Shown in pieces: positions 1-9,566 of a DNA stretch of 64,000 nucleotides. Each line of letters opens with the position of its first letter. The first letter of the stretch is position 1. The stretch comes from Nitrospirota bacterium (lineage in GTDB: Bacteria; Nitrospirota; Thermodesulfovibrionia; UBA6902). Location of the stretch: positions 805-64,804 of the forward strand of contig JACQZG010000011.1 of the NCBI GenBank assembly GCA_016213935.1. The letters are read 5' to 3'. The notes beneath the pieces were generated by a model. The model saw nothing but the letters and a program-made list of their open reading frames with translations. It ran no database searches and was not told the origin of the DNA. A program made the translations under genes and the position numbers.

Positions 1-706
1 CGCGCATCGTATCACCTATGCCTTCGGAGAGAAGTATGCCAAGGCCGACCGCGCTCTTTACCGTTCCCTGAAACGCGGGGCCTGCCTCTGAAATACCGAT
101 ATGAAGAGGGTAGCGGTATGCCTTTGAAAAAAGCCTGTACGCCTCGACCGTCTTCATGACATCAGAGGCTTTGAGCGAGACTTTAATCTCTCTGAACTTC
201 AGGCCTTCAAGGATATTTATATGTCTGCCCGCGCTCTCCACAAGCGCCTTTGGAGTTGGATGCTTATATTTTTTCAGAAGCTCCTTTTCAAGAGAGCCTG
301 CATTCACACCAATCCTTATCGGAACGCCCTTGTCTTTTGCCATGCTGACAACTTCCTTCACCTTTGCCTTGCTGCCTATATTGCCGGGGTTTATCCTCAG
401 GCCGTCAGCGCCGCTCTTCATAGCTTCAATCGCAAGCCTGTGGTCAAAGTGGACATCTGCGATGAGCGGAATCGTGATCTTCCTCTTGATGGATTTTATC
501 GCCTTTGCCGCGTCAATGTTCAATACGGCAACCCTGATTATTTCACATCCTGAAGCTTCAAGCCTTTTAATTTGCGCAACAGTGGAAGCGATATCGCGCG
601 TGTCAGTCTTTGTCATTGACTGCACAGAAACAGGGGCGCCGCCGCCTATTTCAAGCCTGCCGAGCTTTATCGCTTTTGTCTTATTCGGTCTTTTCTTTGG
701 GCTCAT
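1..706 (-). CDS. ispG: 4-hydroxy-3-methylbut-2-enyl diphosphate synthase IspG/GcpE, 5' portion only (gene runs off the window start)
   Basis: Absent from the ORF track because there is no stop in the window. Hand translation of the minus strand from ATG 706..704 gives [61 protein letters not shown]...[11 protein letters not shown], typical of the GcpE N-terminal TIM barrel. The start overlaps the mltG stop by 26 nt. Confidence 0.85.
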   Translation of the reverse strand, partial: MSPKKRPNKTKAIKLGRLEIGGGAPVSVQSMTKTDTRDIASTVAQIKRLEASGCEIIRVAVLNIDAAKAIKSIKRKITIPLIADVHFDHRLAIEAMKSGADGLRINPGNIGSKAKVKEVVSMAKDKGVPIRIGVNAGSLEKELLKKYKHPTPKALVESAGRHINILEGLKFREIKVSLKASDVMKTVEAYRLFSKAYRYPLHIGISEAGPAFQGTVKSAVGLGILLSEGIGDTMR

Positions 707-1715
707 CTTTTGAGGCCGCTCCATTCTTTTGATATAAGGCAACAGCGGCGACATGCTCTTCACCGGTATGAGAGAAGTGATGGGTTCCGTCATTCTTTGA
801 TACAAAAAAGAGGTAATTCGCTTCTGCGGGATAGAGAGCAGCCTTTATGGATTTTAAGCCCGGAGATGCTATCGGCCCCGGCGGCAGGCCGGTTATCACA
901 TAAGTGTTGAAAGGCGTTTCGTTCTTAAGATCCTGTTTTAATATCTTGCATCCAGCCCTTTCGGTTCCGTACTGAACTGTCGGGTCCGCCTGAAGCTTCA
1001 TATTCTTTTTGAGCCTGTTGTGGTACACGGCTGATATGAGCGCTCTTTCACTGTCAACGCACGCCTCTTTTTCTATTATGGATGCAAGCGTCAGAACCTC
1101 ATTTTCGCTCATGCCGATCTCACGCGCCCTTTCCCTCAGCTTGCTGTCGAACTTCTGCCTCATCATGTCGACCATGACCGTAAGGATGTCCCGCGGATTT
1201 GCGCCTTTTGCGAATTTGTAGGTGTCTGGGTAGATATAACCTTCGAGGCTCGCGCCGCGTACGCCTAAAAATTCAAGGAAAGCGGGGTCGTCAACGAGTT
1301 CCCATGATTCATTATCAAGCAGATTCGTTTCCGCAAATATGGATTTTATCGCGTCGAGGCTTGACCCTTCGGGGATGGTCACAGTGTATTCGACAATATT
1401 GCCGTCCCTGAATATCTTGAATATGTCCCAGGGGGTCAGCGACGCGCTCAGTTTATAATATCCGGCCCTGAGGCGGGTATCTGTTTTTAATGCCTTTCCC
1501 AAGAGGAGCAGGAGAAGGTCATTCTTTATTATCTTGTTCTCTTTGAGTATCCTGAGCACCTGCCTGTAATTCGCGCCTTCGGGTATCCCTATCTCTTTCC
1601 ATTCGCCCCGTGGAAGCACTGACGTGTTTATCTTCAGATAGGCAAAGAGAAGAATAAAGATAATCAGGTTGCAGATAATGAACGCCCTCTCTTTTCTGCC
1701 AAAGAAGCCTTTCAT
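681..1715 (-). CDS. mltG: endolytic murein transglycosylase MltG (YceG-like)
   Basis: N-terminal TM helix plus the YceG signature region [43 protein letters not shown]; 4-nt overlap with ruvX. Confidence 0.85.
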   Translation of the reverse strand: MKGFFGRKERAFIICNLIIFILLFAYLKINTSVLPRGEWKEIGIPEGANYRQVLRILKENKIIKNDLLLLLLGKALKTDTRLRAGYYKLSASLTPWDIFKIFRDGNIVEYTVTIPEGSSLDAIKSIFAETNLLDNESWELVDDPAFLEFLGVRGASLEGYIYPDTYKFAKGANPRDILTVMVDMMRQKFDSKLRERAREIGMSENEVLTLASIIEKEACVDSERALISAVYHNRLKKNMKLQADPTVQYGTERAGCKILKQDLKNETPFNTYVITGLPPGPIASPGLKSIKAALYPAEANYLFFVSKNDGTHHFSHTGEEHVAAVALYQKNGAASKDEPKEKTE

Positions 1716-2125
1716 CTTCTTTCCCTGCTGTCGAGGTAATTCTGAAGGATGACCGCGGCGGCTATCTTGTCCCGTATGCCCTTTCTCTTTTTTCTCGAGA
1801 TATTCGTCTCGATCAGCGCCTTCTCAGCCGTCACTGTGCTCAGCCTCTCGTCCCAGAGGATAACCGGGAGGCTGATCCTGCCTTTAAGCTCTTCAGTGAA
1901 TTTAAGGACCTTTTCTCCCTGAACGCCTATGGTGCCGTCCATCATCTTCGGCATTCCGACGATGACCGTGCCGATTTCGTCATGGTAAGCATCGATGATG
2001 CGTACTATCTCGGCGACAGGGTCGGCGCTTTCGATGGTCTTCAATCCGTTTGCTATCATGCCGAGGGCGTCGCTGACAGCTACGCCGATGCGCTTGTCTC
2101 CTACATCGAGGCAGAGGACTCTCAT
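1712..2125 (-). CDS. ruvX: Holliday junction resolvase-like / pre-16S rRNA nuclease RuvX (YqgF)
   Basis: MRVLCLDVGDKRIGVAVSD N-terminus and a length of 137 aa, typical of YqgF. Confidence 0.85.
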   Translation of the reverse strand: MRVLCLDVGDKRIGVAVSDALGMIANGLKTIESADPVAEIVRIIDAYHDEIGTVIVGMPKMMDGTIGVQGEKVLKFTEELKGRISLPVILWDERLSTVTAEKALIETNISRKKRKGIRDKIAAAVILQNYLDSRERR

Positions 2126-2128
2126 TAT

Positions 2129-2872
2129 TTACAGCCTGTCCCAAAGGTCACTTATCTCTGCCTCAGTCACCTTCTTCTCGACCTTTTTAAGCTCGGTGGC
2201 GAGGTTTATCCATACGTCGCAGGCATCGGCGTATTTTCTAAGAGCACTCTCCATATTCTCTGTCCAGGCCGCTGTCATCCTGTAGGTCGGCAGTTCATAA
2301 CCTATCTTCATGTCCCAATCGCCGTCAGAGAGGTTATGCCTTACCAATAACGCCCCTATATGGCCGAAGAGGCCGTGAACAGCATCCTCAAGGTGTTCGG
2401 TTCGCAGCTCCTTAACAAAAGATATGCCGAATTTCCTGCTGCAGTCATCGGGGAGGGAACCGCGGTGAGGCCATTTTTTTGTGTTAACCTGCGCGTCGAT
2501 AAGTTCAGGCAGTTTCTTGATCAGGTCATTCATCTCGCCCTTTATCCTCCTGAGCCCCTCAGTGCCGAGATCCACGGCGGCCTTTGCGTTTGCTATGAGG
2601 CCTGACTTGGCGCATTTCTGATACCATTCGGCAAGATACTCCTCCGTCGCCTTAAGAAACTCTTTGCAGGCATTTTCCAGAACCACCAGATTCTTCGAGA
2701 TTTTGTCCTCGATATTCTGGACTTCTTCTTTACGGATTTCGTTATTCAACGGGCATTCCTCTGCTGAAAATGTGAATAATTTGAACCTGAAAATATTATA
2801 CGATATTGATATAAAAAAGATTAATTCAATACCTGCTGCTTTAAAACAGGAGGGGAATGTGTAAGTTGTCAT
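2129..2872 (-). CDS. hypothetical soluble helical protein between ftsZ and ruvX. The true start is probably TTG at 2749 (about 206 aa).
   Basis: Long ORF with no family recognised. The first 41 codons run through AT-rich DNA and a TGTCAT repeat. An in-frame TTG at 2749..2747 is preceded by GAGGA with a 7-nt spacer, and a perfect TATAAT lies on the minus strand at 2800..2795. The stop is 4 nt from the ruvX start. Confidence 0.5.
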   Translation of the reverse strand: MTTYTFPSCFKAAGIELIFFISISYNIFRFKLFTFSAEECPLNNEIRKEEVQNIEDKISKNLVVLENACKEFLKATEEYLAEWYQKCAKSGLIANAKAAVDLGTEGLRRIKGEMNDLIKKLPELIDAQVNTKKWPHRGSLPDDCSRKFGISFVKELRTEHLEDAVHGLFGHIGALLVRHNLSDGDWDMKIGYELPTYRMTAAWTENMESALRKYADACDVWINLATELKKVEKKVTEAEISDLWDRL

Positions 2873-2923
2873 TCTGAGCCTGCCTGACGGTAGGCAGGTC
2901 CCGTCATTTCGGGACGAAGAATC
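2867..2923. repeat. two units of the dispersed TGTCAT-YYGAGCCTGC repeat family, with a CCTGCC/GGCAGG hairpin
   Basis: tgtcattctgagcctgcctgacggtaggcaggtcc + cgtcatttcgggacgaagaatc. It shares gagcctgcctgacgg exactly with the unit at 43341. Confidence 0.7.
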
Positions 2924-2955
2924 TTAAATTCCAAATTGGTTGAGGCTATTCGACA

Positions 2956-2975
2956 GGCCTGCCCGAAGGCAGGCC
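2956..2975 (-). other. stable 8-bp hairpin with a UUCG tetraloop 16 nt downstream of the ftsZ stop
   Basis: Plus strand ggcctgcc-cgaa-ggcaggcc, which on the ftsZ transcript reads GGCCUGCC-UUCG-GGCAGGCC. No U tract follows, so it is not a canonical intrinsic terminator. Confidence 0.5.
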
Positions 2976-2990
2976 GGATAACCGGAACCC

Positions 2991-4166
2991 TTAAACGCCC
3001 TCGTCAGCTATCTCAGGTTTTCTCATGAATGTCGGTATGTCGAGGTCGCTGCCGCCGTTGCCGCCATTGCTCCCGTTGCCCCCGTTTCCGCCGCTTGCCG
3101 CGCCCGCGGGGACAAGCGTCTTGGAGAGGAGCTTGCCCGAACCCTTAAGCGCTGCCTCGGGATTCGGCCTCCACTTTCCATAGCCCGTCATGACAGGCTG
3201 GGGCTTATCCTCAAAGCCGGTCGCGATGACAGTGGCTATTATCTCGTCGTTGAGGTCTGAGTCTATTACTGAGCCGAAGATTATCTCAACATCCTCATGG
3301 GCGCAGTCCCTTATGAAGCTTGCCGCCTCATTCACCTCGTGTATCGTTAGGGATGTGCCGCCGGTTATGTTGACGAGAACGCTCTTTGCGCCCTCGATCG
3401 ACGCCTCTTCAAGGAGCGGGCTGTTGACTGCCATCTTCGCCGCCTGCGCCGCTCTCTTCTCGCCTTTTGCCGAGCCAATGCCCATGACGGTCCTTCCGCT
3501 GTCCTTTAGCACGGTTTTTATGTCAGCGAAATCCTGATTTATAAGTCCCGGCACAAAAATCAGGTCTGTTATGCTCTTCACCGCCTGCCTCAGCACATCG
3601 TTTGCGAAATCGAGCGCCTTGAACCATGTCGTATCTTTATCTGAGATATTGAGTATGCGGTTATTGTGAATTATCACTATGGAATCGACATGCTTCCTAA
3701 GTTCCTTTATCCCCTGCTCGGCGTTTCTTGACCTCTTGTTCCCCTCAAAGAGAAAAGGCCTCGTAACGACCGCGACCGTGAGTATCCCCATCTCCCTCGT
3801 TATCTCGGCAACTACAGGAGCGGCTCCGGTGCCGGTGCCTCCTCCCATTCCCGCTGTGATGAAGACCATGTCAGCGCCCTTCAATGCGTCCTCTATCAAG
3901 TCCCTGTCTTCAAGCGCGGCCTGCCTCCCTACCTCGGGGTTCGCGCCCGCGCCGAGCCCCTTTGTGAGCGAACTCCCTATCTGCACGCGCCTGTGGGCAA
4001 GCGAAGACTCAAGAACCTGTGCGTCGGTGTTCATCACTATGAATTCAACGCCTTCGATGCTTGAGGCTATCATGCTGTTTACAGCATTGCCCCCGCCACC
4101 GCCGACCCCTATCACCTTGATTTTCGCGTTCTTCTGCCCGACCTCTTCCATCTCAAAGATCTTCAT
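2991..4166 (-). CDS. ftsZ: cell division GTPase FtsZ
   Basis: Tubulin signature GGGTGTGAAPVVAEI, N-terminal VIGVGGGGGNAV, and C-terminal DIPTFMRK peptide after a G/N-rich linker. Confidence 0.97.
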   Translation of the reverse strand: MKIFEMEEVGQKNAKIKVIGVGGGGGNAVNSMIASSIEGVEFIVMNTDAQVLESSLAHRRVQIGSSLTKGLGAGANPEVGRQAALEDRDLIEDALKGADMVFITAGMGGGTGTGAAPVVAEITREMGILTVAVVTRPFLFEGNKRSRNAEQGIKELRKHVDSIVIIHNNRILNISDKDTTWFKALDFANDVLRQAVKSITDLIFVPGLINQDFADIKTVLKDSGRTVMGIGSAKGEKRAAQAAKMAVNSPLLEEASIEGAKSVLVNITGGTSLTIHEVNEAASFIRDCAHEDVEIIFGSVIDSDLNDEIIATVIATGFEDKPQPVMTGYGKWRPNPEAALKGSGKLLSKTLVPAGAASGGNGGNGSNGGNGGSDLDIPTFMRKPEIADEGV

Positions 4167-4190
4167 GCTCTCCTCCTTTTGTTTTATTTT

Positions 4191-5417
4191 TTAATCGCTG
4201 AATATATCGCTTGCCCAGGCTTTTACTCTGGATATAATATTTGCCTGCCCCTTGCCCCCGATTGATCTCTGCTCATTAAAAATCTCCTTTGCCGCGTAAA
4301 GAACAAGCCCTGCACCGGCAGAGTATGCGGGGCCTGAGATGATGCCTGTCTCAATGCCTGCATCATTTAATGAGCCCTTTCTTACCGGAAGGTCAAGGAT
4401 GTTCTCCGCCATTATGTCTACCCCCTCCATAAGCGAGCCGCCGCCCGTAAGCACAACCCCTGAGGAGAGCATCCCGTGAAGCCCCCTGCCCGTTATCTCC
4501 TCTTTTATCAGTTTGAAAAGCTCCACTGTCCTCGGCTGGATTATCTCGATAAGATACTGTCTCGGCACCTTCTTCGGCGGCCTGTCTCCGGCATAGCCCA
4601 CCTCTATCTCCTCTTCCTCTCTGACAAGAGAGAGCATGGCGCACCCGTGCCTTATCTTTATCTTCTCAGCCTCGGGGGCCGGGGTCCTGAGGCCTATTGC
4701 TATGTCATTGGTAAAGTTCGAGCCGCCTACGGGAATAACGTGGGTGTGGCAGAGGTTTCCTTCGTGAAAGAATGCCGTCTCCGTCGTGCCCGCGCCTATG
4801 TCTATCACAGCCGCGCCGAGCGCCCTCTCATCCTCTGTCAAAAGCGCCTCGCCCGCGGCAAGCGGCTTAAGGATAGTCTCTATGACTTCAAGCCCGGCTT
4901 TTTCGCAGACCTTCACAAAGTTCTGGACAGATGTTGATGAGCCAGTCACTATCCTCACCTTTGCCTCGAGCCTGACGCCGCCCATGCCCTTCGGGTCAGT
5001 GATGCCGTTATGCCCGTTCACGCTGAACCCTACGGGTATCGCATGAAGTATCTCCCTCTCAAACGGTATTGCCACAGCCTTTGCCGCATCTATCACGCTC
5101 TCGATGTCTCTGGCCGTTATCTCTTTTTTCGTAAGAGCTATCACGCCGTGGCTCAGGAAGGTTTCGACATTCTCGCCTCCGACGCCGAGATGTACAGCCT
5201 TTATGTGAATGCCCGCTGACGACTCTGCCGCCTTGACCGCCTCCCTCACGGATTCAGCCGCGTCGTCAATGCTTATCACAGCCCCTTTTCTCAGCCCCTT
5301 TGACGGAACAGCCCCGTGGCCGATGATGCTCAGCCCTTCATCAGCCGCTTCGCCGGCTATGATTGTTGTCTTTGCCGTGCCGATGTCAATGCCTATTATG
5401 AGCCTGCCCCTCTTCAT
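4191..5417 (-). CDS. ftsA: cell division protein FtsA
   Basis: Actin-fold motifs GIDIGTAKTT and VIDIGAGTTE; position upstream of ftsZ. Confidence 0.95.
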   Translation of the reverse strand: MKRGRLIIGIDIGTAKTTIIAGEAADEGLSIIGHGAVPSKGLRKGAVISIDDAAESVREAVKAAESSAGIHIKAVHLGVGGENVETFLSHGVIALTKKEITARDIESVIDAAKAVAIPFEREILHAIPVGFSVNGHNGITDPKGMGGVRLEAKVRIVTGSSTSVQNFVKVCEKAGLEVIETILKPLAAGEALLTEDERALGAAVIDIGAGTTETAFFHEGNLCHTHVIPVGGSNFTNDIAIGLRTPAPEAEKIKIRHGCAMLSLVREEEEIEVGYAGDRPPKKVPRQYLIEIIQPRTVELFKLIKEEITGRGLHGMLSSGVVLTGGGSLMEGVDIMAENILDLPVRKGSLNDAGIETGIISGPAYSAGAGLVLYAAKEIFNEQRSIGGKGQANIISRVKAWASDIFSD

Positions 5418-6250
5418 CTCTTCCTTCCCGCCTCTTTCTGAGGCCCGTTCACGTTCTTGCTCTTATCGTCAGTTTTGGCCGCTGCTTCCTTTTTTACAGG
5501 TATTAAGGGCTGCACTATCACATCATCAAACCTGAGGTCAACAAACTCCACCGCAAGCCCCCTCTTCCTTATCTCCGGCTCCAGCGCCTTCCACCTCTCA
5601 AATTTCTTCTCATAATCCCTGTATCCCACTCTGAGCTCCTCCCCGTCCATCTTCATTGCGAGGCCGTATGGTTCAAGCCTGATTTCGACAGACTCTTTGC
5701 CTTCGAGTATCCCTTTTTGCGAAAGGGCGTCTACCAGCTTCAGCGCCTCTGAAAGCGCCTTCCCGTCCTTCTCGGCGTCAATGTTGTTTATGACCGGAAG
5801 GAACTGCGTCCCGATCTCATTTACCTTTTCAAGCACCTTGCCCCTTTCATCCGCTAAAAAGGTCTCCCCATTAAGCGCGAGAAGGACTTTAGGCGCTGAC
5901 TCCTTCACGGTTATAGAGACTGTGTCTGGAAACTGTTTCCTGAGCGAGACTTCCCGTATCCACGCGTTTTGCCTGAACCTCTCCTCGACATCCTTGAGAG
6001 AGAGGCTGATGAGGCTCTCTCCGCGCCGAATGCCCGAACTCGATATCACATCTCTTTCATCGAGATGATAATTGCCCGAGACCTTCACCTTCTCCACTGT
6101 AAATACATTCGCGGCGAGCTTGATGCCGAACCCGGCGGCCGCGATGATTATCAAAGTAATGAGAATGATGGCGCCCCTCCTGAGAAACATCAGGGACTTC
6201 TCCCCGCGCCTGTATGCCGCCCTCCTCCTATTTCCCTTCTTTTGCCGCAA
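5414..6250 (-). CDS. ftsQ: cell division protein FtsQ (POTRA domain)
   Basis: Basic N-terminus, one TM helix, POTRA-like [19 protein letters not shown]; position between ddl and ftsA. Confidence 0.8.
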   Translation of the reverse strand: MRQKKGNRRRAAYRRGEKSLMFLRRGAIILITLIIIAAAGFGIKLAANVFTVEKVKVSGNYHLDERDVISSSGIRRGESLISLSLKDVEERFRQNAWIREVSLRKQFPDTVSITVKESAPKVLLALNGETFLADERGKVLEKVNEIGTQFLPVINNIDAEKDGKALSEALKLVDALSQKGILEGKESVEIRLEPYGLAMKMDGEELRVGYRDYEKKFERWKALEPEIRKRGLAVEFVDLRFDDVIVQPLIPVKKEAAAKTDDKSKNVNGPQKEAGRKR

Positions 6251-7169
6251 TCTTTATTATCTCCTCTATAAGGCCGCCGAAGCTTATGCCCGCTGAGCCG
6301 GCTATCTTCGGCAGGAGGCTCGTCCCTGTCATCCCCGGAAGCGTGTTCACCTCAAGCACATAAGGCCTGTTTTCTGCATCGAGCATGAAATCCACCCTCG
6401 TTGCGCCTGAACAGCCGAGCGCGTTATGCGCAAGGAGCGCCTTCTCTTTAAGTTCAGAGAAGACAGCGTCGTCTATTTGAGGCGGGATTATGTATTCGGT
6501 AAGGCCTGATGTGTACTTTGCCTCGTAATTATAGAATTCAAGCGAGGGCCTCACCTCAACCCCTCCGAGAGCCCTGTCGCCGAGTATTCCTATATGAACC
6601 TCTTTGCCTCTTATGAATTTTTCAATTATCGCTTTATCCCCAAGCGAGAATGCCTTGTCAAGCGCGGGCCTAAACTGCCCCTCTTCTTTCACGATGGAGA
6701 CCCCTATGCTCGAACCCTCTGAGGCGGGCTTCACAACGCAGGGAAACTGAAAAGAAGGATTTGGAAGCGCCTCTGCCTTCTTCTTTCCCTTCGGGCTCTC
6801 AACGATGATGAATTCAGGGACAGGCAGGCCGTGGTAAATGAATATCTTCTTTGAGGCCGCCTTGTCCATCGCGAGAGCGGACGCGAGGACGCCGGAGCCT
6901 GTGTAAGGTATGCCGAGCACCTCAAGCATCCCCTGTATTGCCCCGTTCTCGCCGGTGCCTCCGTGAAGGGCGAGAAAGGCGAGCCTCACCTTGCTCTTTT
7001 TGAGAACATTTACAATATCCCTGTCGACATCTATCGGCTCAACGCTGTACCCGAGCTCTTTGAGCGCCTGATATATGGCAAGGCCGCTCCTCATCGATAT
7101 CTCCCTTTCAGAGGAGAAGCCGCCCATAAGCACGCCTATCTTCTTCGCGGTAACCGGTTTCTTCGTCAT
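6228..7169 (-). CDS. ddl: D-alanine--D-alanine ligase
   Basis: [14 protein letters not shown] near the N-terminus, ATP-grasp C-terminus [10 protein letters not shown]. Confidence 0.93.
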   Translation of the reverse strand: MTKKPVTAKKIGVLMGGFSSEREISMRSGLAIYQALKELGYSVEPIDVDRDIVNVLKKSKVRLAFLALHGGTGENGAIQGMLEVLGIPYTGSGVLASALAMDKAASKKIFIYHGLPVPEFIIVESPKGKKKAEALPNPSFQFPCVVKPASEGSSIGVSIVKEEGQFRPALDKAFSLGDKAIIEKFIRGKEVHIGILGDRALGGVEVRPSLEFYNYEAKYTSGLTEYIIPPQIDDAVFSELKEKALLAHNALGCSGATRVDFMLDAENRPYVLEVNTLPGMTGTSLLPKIAGSAGISFGGLIEEIIKIAAKEGK

Positions 7170-7207
7170 GATTTTAATCTGCCTTTCCTTTATTAATTAA
7201 TGCACTT

Positions 7208-8137
7208 TCAATTTAAATTCTTCCCTATTATTTTTATCTCCGGCTCAAGGGTTATGCCGCTCTTCTCTTTCACCTTCTCTCTCACCCTATCCATGAGTTC
7301 GATAAAGTCTTTGCACGTTGCGTTGCCCTTGTTTATGAAATAATTCGCGTGCATGCCGCTCACCTCAGCCCCGCCTGCCCTCATGCCTTTGCAGCCCGCA
7401 AGGTCTATGAGCCTGCCCGCGTTCTCTCCCTCGGGATTTTTAAACACACAGCCTGCCGAAGCTTCCCCGAGCGGCTGTGTGAGCCTCTTCTTCCTGAGGC
7501 ATTCATTCACTTTTGCTTCAACCTCCGAAGGATCAGACTTTTTCAGCCGTATGGATGCGCCGAGTATCACCATGCCTTCGGGAAGGTTCGACCGCCTGTA
7601 TGAGAACCTCAGGTTGCCTGCAGCGAGCGGAGCTATCTTCCCGTACCTGTTCATCACCGTAATCGAGACGAGCACATCCTTTATCTCAACGCCGAAAGAG
7701 CCCGCGTTCATAAAGACTGCGCCGCCCAGGCTCCCCGGAATTCCGGCAAGCGCCTCTATGCCTGAATATCCCTTCTCTTTCGCGAAATTCACCAGCCTCC
7801 AAAGCTGGAGCCCGGCGCCCGCAAAGACCGTGACATCATCTTCAGCCTCTTCGGTAACGCTCAACCGGTCAAATGCCTCAAGCGACACCGCTATGCCGTC
7901 TATCCTCTCATCTGTTACGAGAAGGTTGGTTCCCGCGCCGATGACAAAGACCGGTATATCATCCTCTGCCGCGGCAGAGAGCAGGTTTTTGAGAGAGACA
8001 GGGTCTTCGGGAAATACCATCGCGGCAACCGGCCCGCCTATCCTTAAAGAAGTATGTTTGGACAATGCCTCGTCAGTCATAACCTCGCCCTTTATCGTCT
8101 CTCTGCCCAATAATGCCGCCAGCTCTTTCCCAGCCAC
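7208..8137 (-). CDS. murB: UDP-N-acetylenolpyruvoylglucosamine reductase
   Basis: FAD-binding region HTSLRIGGP...IGAGTNLLV; C-terminal GCVFKNP motif. Confidence 0.9.
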   Translation of the reverse strand: MAGKELAALLGRETIKGEVMTDEALSKHTSLRIGGPVAAMVFPEDPVSLKNLLSAAAEDDIPVFVIGAGTNLLVTDERIDGIAVSLEAFDRLSVTEEAEDDVTVFAGAGLQLWRLVNFAKEKGYSGIEALAGIPGSLGGAVFMNAGSFGVEIKDVLVSITVMNRYGKIAPLAAGNLRFSYRRSNLPEGMVILGASIRLKKSDPSEVEAKVNECLRKKRLTQPLGEASAGCVFKNPEGENAGRLIDLAGCKGMRAGGAEVSGMHANYFINKGNATCKDFIELMDRVREKVKEKSGITLEPEIKIIGKNLN

Positions 8138-8171
8138 CTGCCCTCCGCTTCTTTGCTCTATGGCAAAAGTC

Positions 8172-9557
8172 TTAAGCCTCTCCGCACGCTTTGAGAAATT
8201 CCTCTCCTAACTTCCATACATCCCCTGCGCCGAGGGTGAGCAGAATGTCTCCGGCCCGGAGCTCTCTCCTGAGGCGGCTGACTATCTCTTCCCTCTTTTC
8301 GATATGCTCGGCGTCTGTACCGGCATTCTTCATCTCTTTGCAGAGCACGGCTGAGTTAACGCCCTCGATCGGGCTCTCGCCCGCGGCGTATATATTCATA
8401 AGCATGACCTTGTCAGCGTCGCCAAAGGCCGTGAAGAAATCCCTGAGAAGGTCATGTGTGCGCGAATACCTGTGCGGCTGATAAAGAACAATGAGCCTTC
8501 CCGCGCCCTTTTCGCCTAACATCGCCTCCCTTATCGCCTTTAATGTCGCCATAATCTCAGCAGGATGATGGCCGTAATCATCCATCACCTTTATCCCCGA
8601 AACCTCGCCCTTCTGCTCCGACCTTCTCTTAACGCCGCCGAATTCAGAGAGCGCCTCCCTCGCTTTGGATATCTCTATGTCAAGCTCGTTAGCTACCGCA
8701 ATCGCGGCAAGGCAGTTGGCAACATTGTGCCTGCCGATAAGCGGCACATCGAACTCCCCTATAGCCCTGCCGTTGAGCACCGCCTCAAATCTTGTCCTCA
8801 GGCCTTTGCTGTTTATATTCCGCGCCGTGAGGTCAAGCCCTTCGCCCATCCCGTATGTTATGAACCTCCTCTGAACAAGCGGGAGAAGAGACCTGACGTG
8901 CTCATTGTCCCCGCAAAGAATGTTCAGCCCGTAGAACGGGACCTTGTTCATAAACGCGAGAAAGGCGTTTTTGAGTTCATCGATGTTTTTATAAAAATCC
9001 ATGTGCTCCCTGTCTATGTTCGTGACAACCCCTATCGTAGGGTCAAGCTTCAGGAATGAACCGTCGCTCTCGTCCGCCTCGGCGACGAGAAAATCCCCCC
9101 TGCCGAGTTTCGCGTTGCTCCCCATTCCCATCAGCTTCCCTCCTACGACAACTGTCGGGTCAAGCCCTCCGGAAGCGAGAACCCCGGCGACAAGGGATGT
9201 GACTGTTGTCTTTCCGTGCGCGCCTGCTATCAATACGCCGTATTTCAGCCTCGCAAGCTCAGCAAGCATTTCCGCCCTCGGTATAACCGGAAGCGACCTC
9301 TCCCTCGCAGCCGCGACCTCGGGATTATACTGCGAGACTGCTGATGAGATAACGACCACATGGGCGTCCTTCACATTTTGGGCATTATGCCCGATGCTAA
9401 TGGGTATCCCAATGCCGGCAAGCCTCCTTGTAGTCTCTGACTCTTTAAGGTCAGAGCCTGTCACCTCGTAGCCGAGATTCTTAAGCACCTCGGCTATGCC
9501 GCTCATCCCGGCTCCGCCTATGCCCACAAAATGTATCCTCTCAAAACGCTTATACAT
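8172..9557 (-). CDS. murC: UDP-N-acetylmuramate--L-alanine ligase
   Basis: HFVGIGGAGMSGIAEVL and P-loop GAHGKTTVTS. Confidence 0.93.
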   Translation of the reverse strand: MYKRFERIHFVGIGGAGMSGIAEVLKNLGYEVTGSDLKESETTRRLAGIGIPISIGHNAQNVKDAHVVVISSAVSQYNPEVAAARERSLPVIPRAEMLAELARLKYGVLIAGAHGKTTVTSLVAGVLASGGLDPTVVVGGKLMGMGSNAKLGRGDFLVAEADESDGSFLKLDPTIGVVTNIDREHMDFYKNIDELKNAFLAFMNKVPFYGLNILCGDNEHVRSLLPLVQRRFITYGMGEGLDLTARNINSKGLRTRFEAVLNGRAIGEFDVPLIGRHNVANCLAAIAVANELDIEISKAREALSEFGGVKRRSEQKGEVSGIKVMDDYGHHPAEIMATLKAIREAMLGEKGAGRLIVLYQPHRYSRTHDLLRDFFTAFGDADKVMLMNIYAAGESPIEGVNSAVLCKEMKNAGTDAEHIEKREEIVSRLRRELRAGDILLTLGAGDVWKLGEEFLKACGEA

Positions 9558-9566
9558 TATCTAATC

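Noticed and set aside
156-713. 185-aa and 110-aa plus-strand ORFs at the window start
   Set aside because: The opposite strand translates into an unmistakable IspG/GcpE N-terminus, so these are antisense shadow ORFs.
2956-2975. Intrinsic terminator of ftsZ
   Set aside because: The stem is strong but there is no downstream U tract on the transcript strand. It is kept only as a stable hairpin.
7353-8210. Long antisense ORFs throughout the dcw cluster and elsewhere (e.g. 7353-8210, 10060-10752, 16170-16961, 24178-24774, 24728-25381, 30031-30826, 37532-38131)
   Set aside because: Each lies opposite a gene with strong family motifs. Their translations are low-complexity S/P/A/L-rich strings typical of shadow frames.
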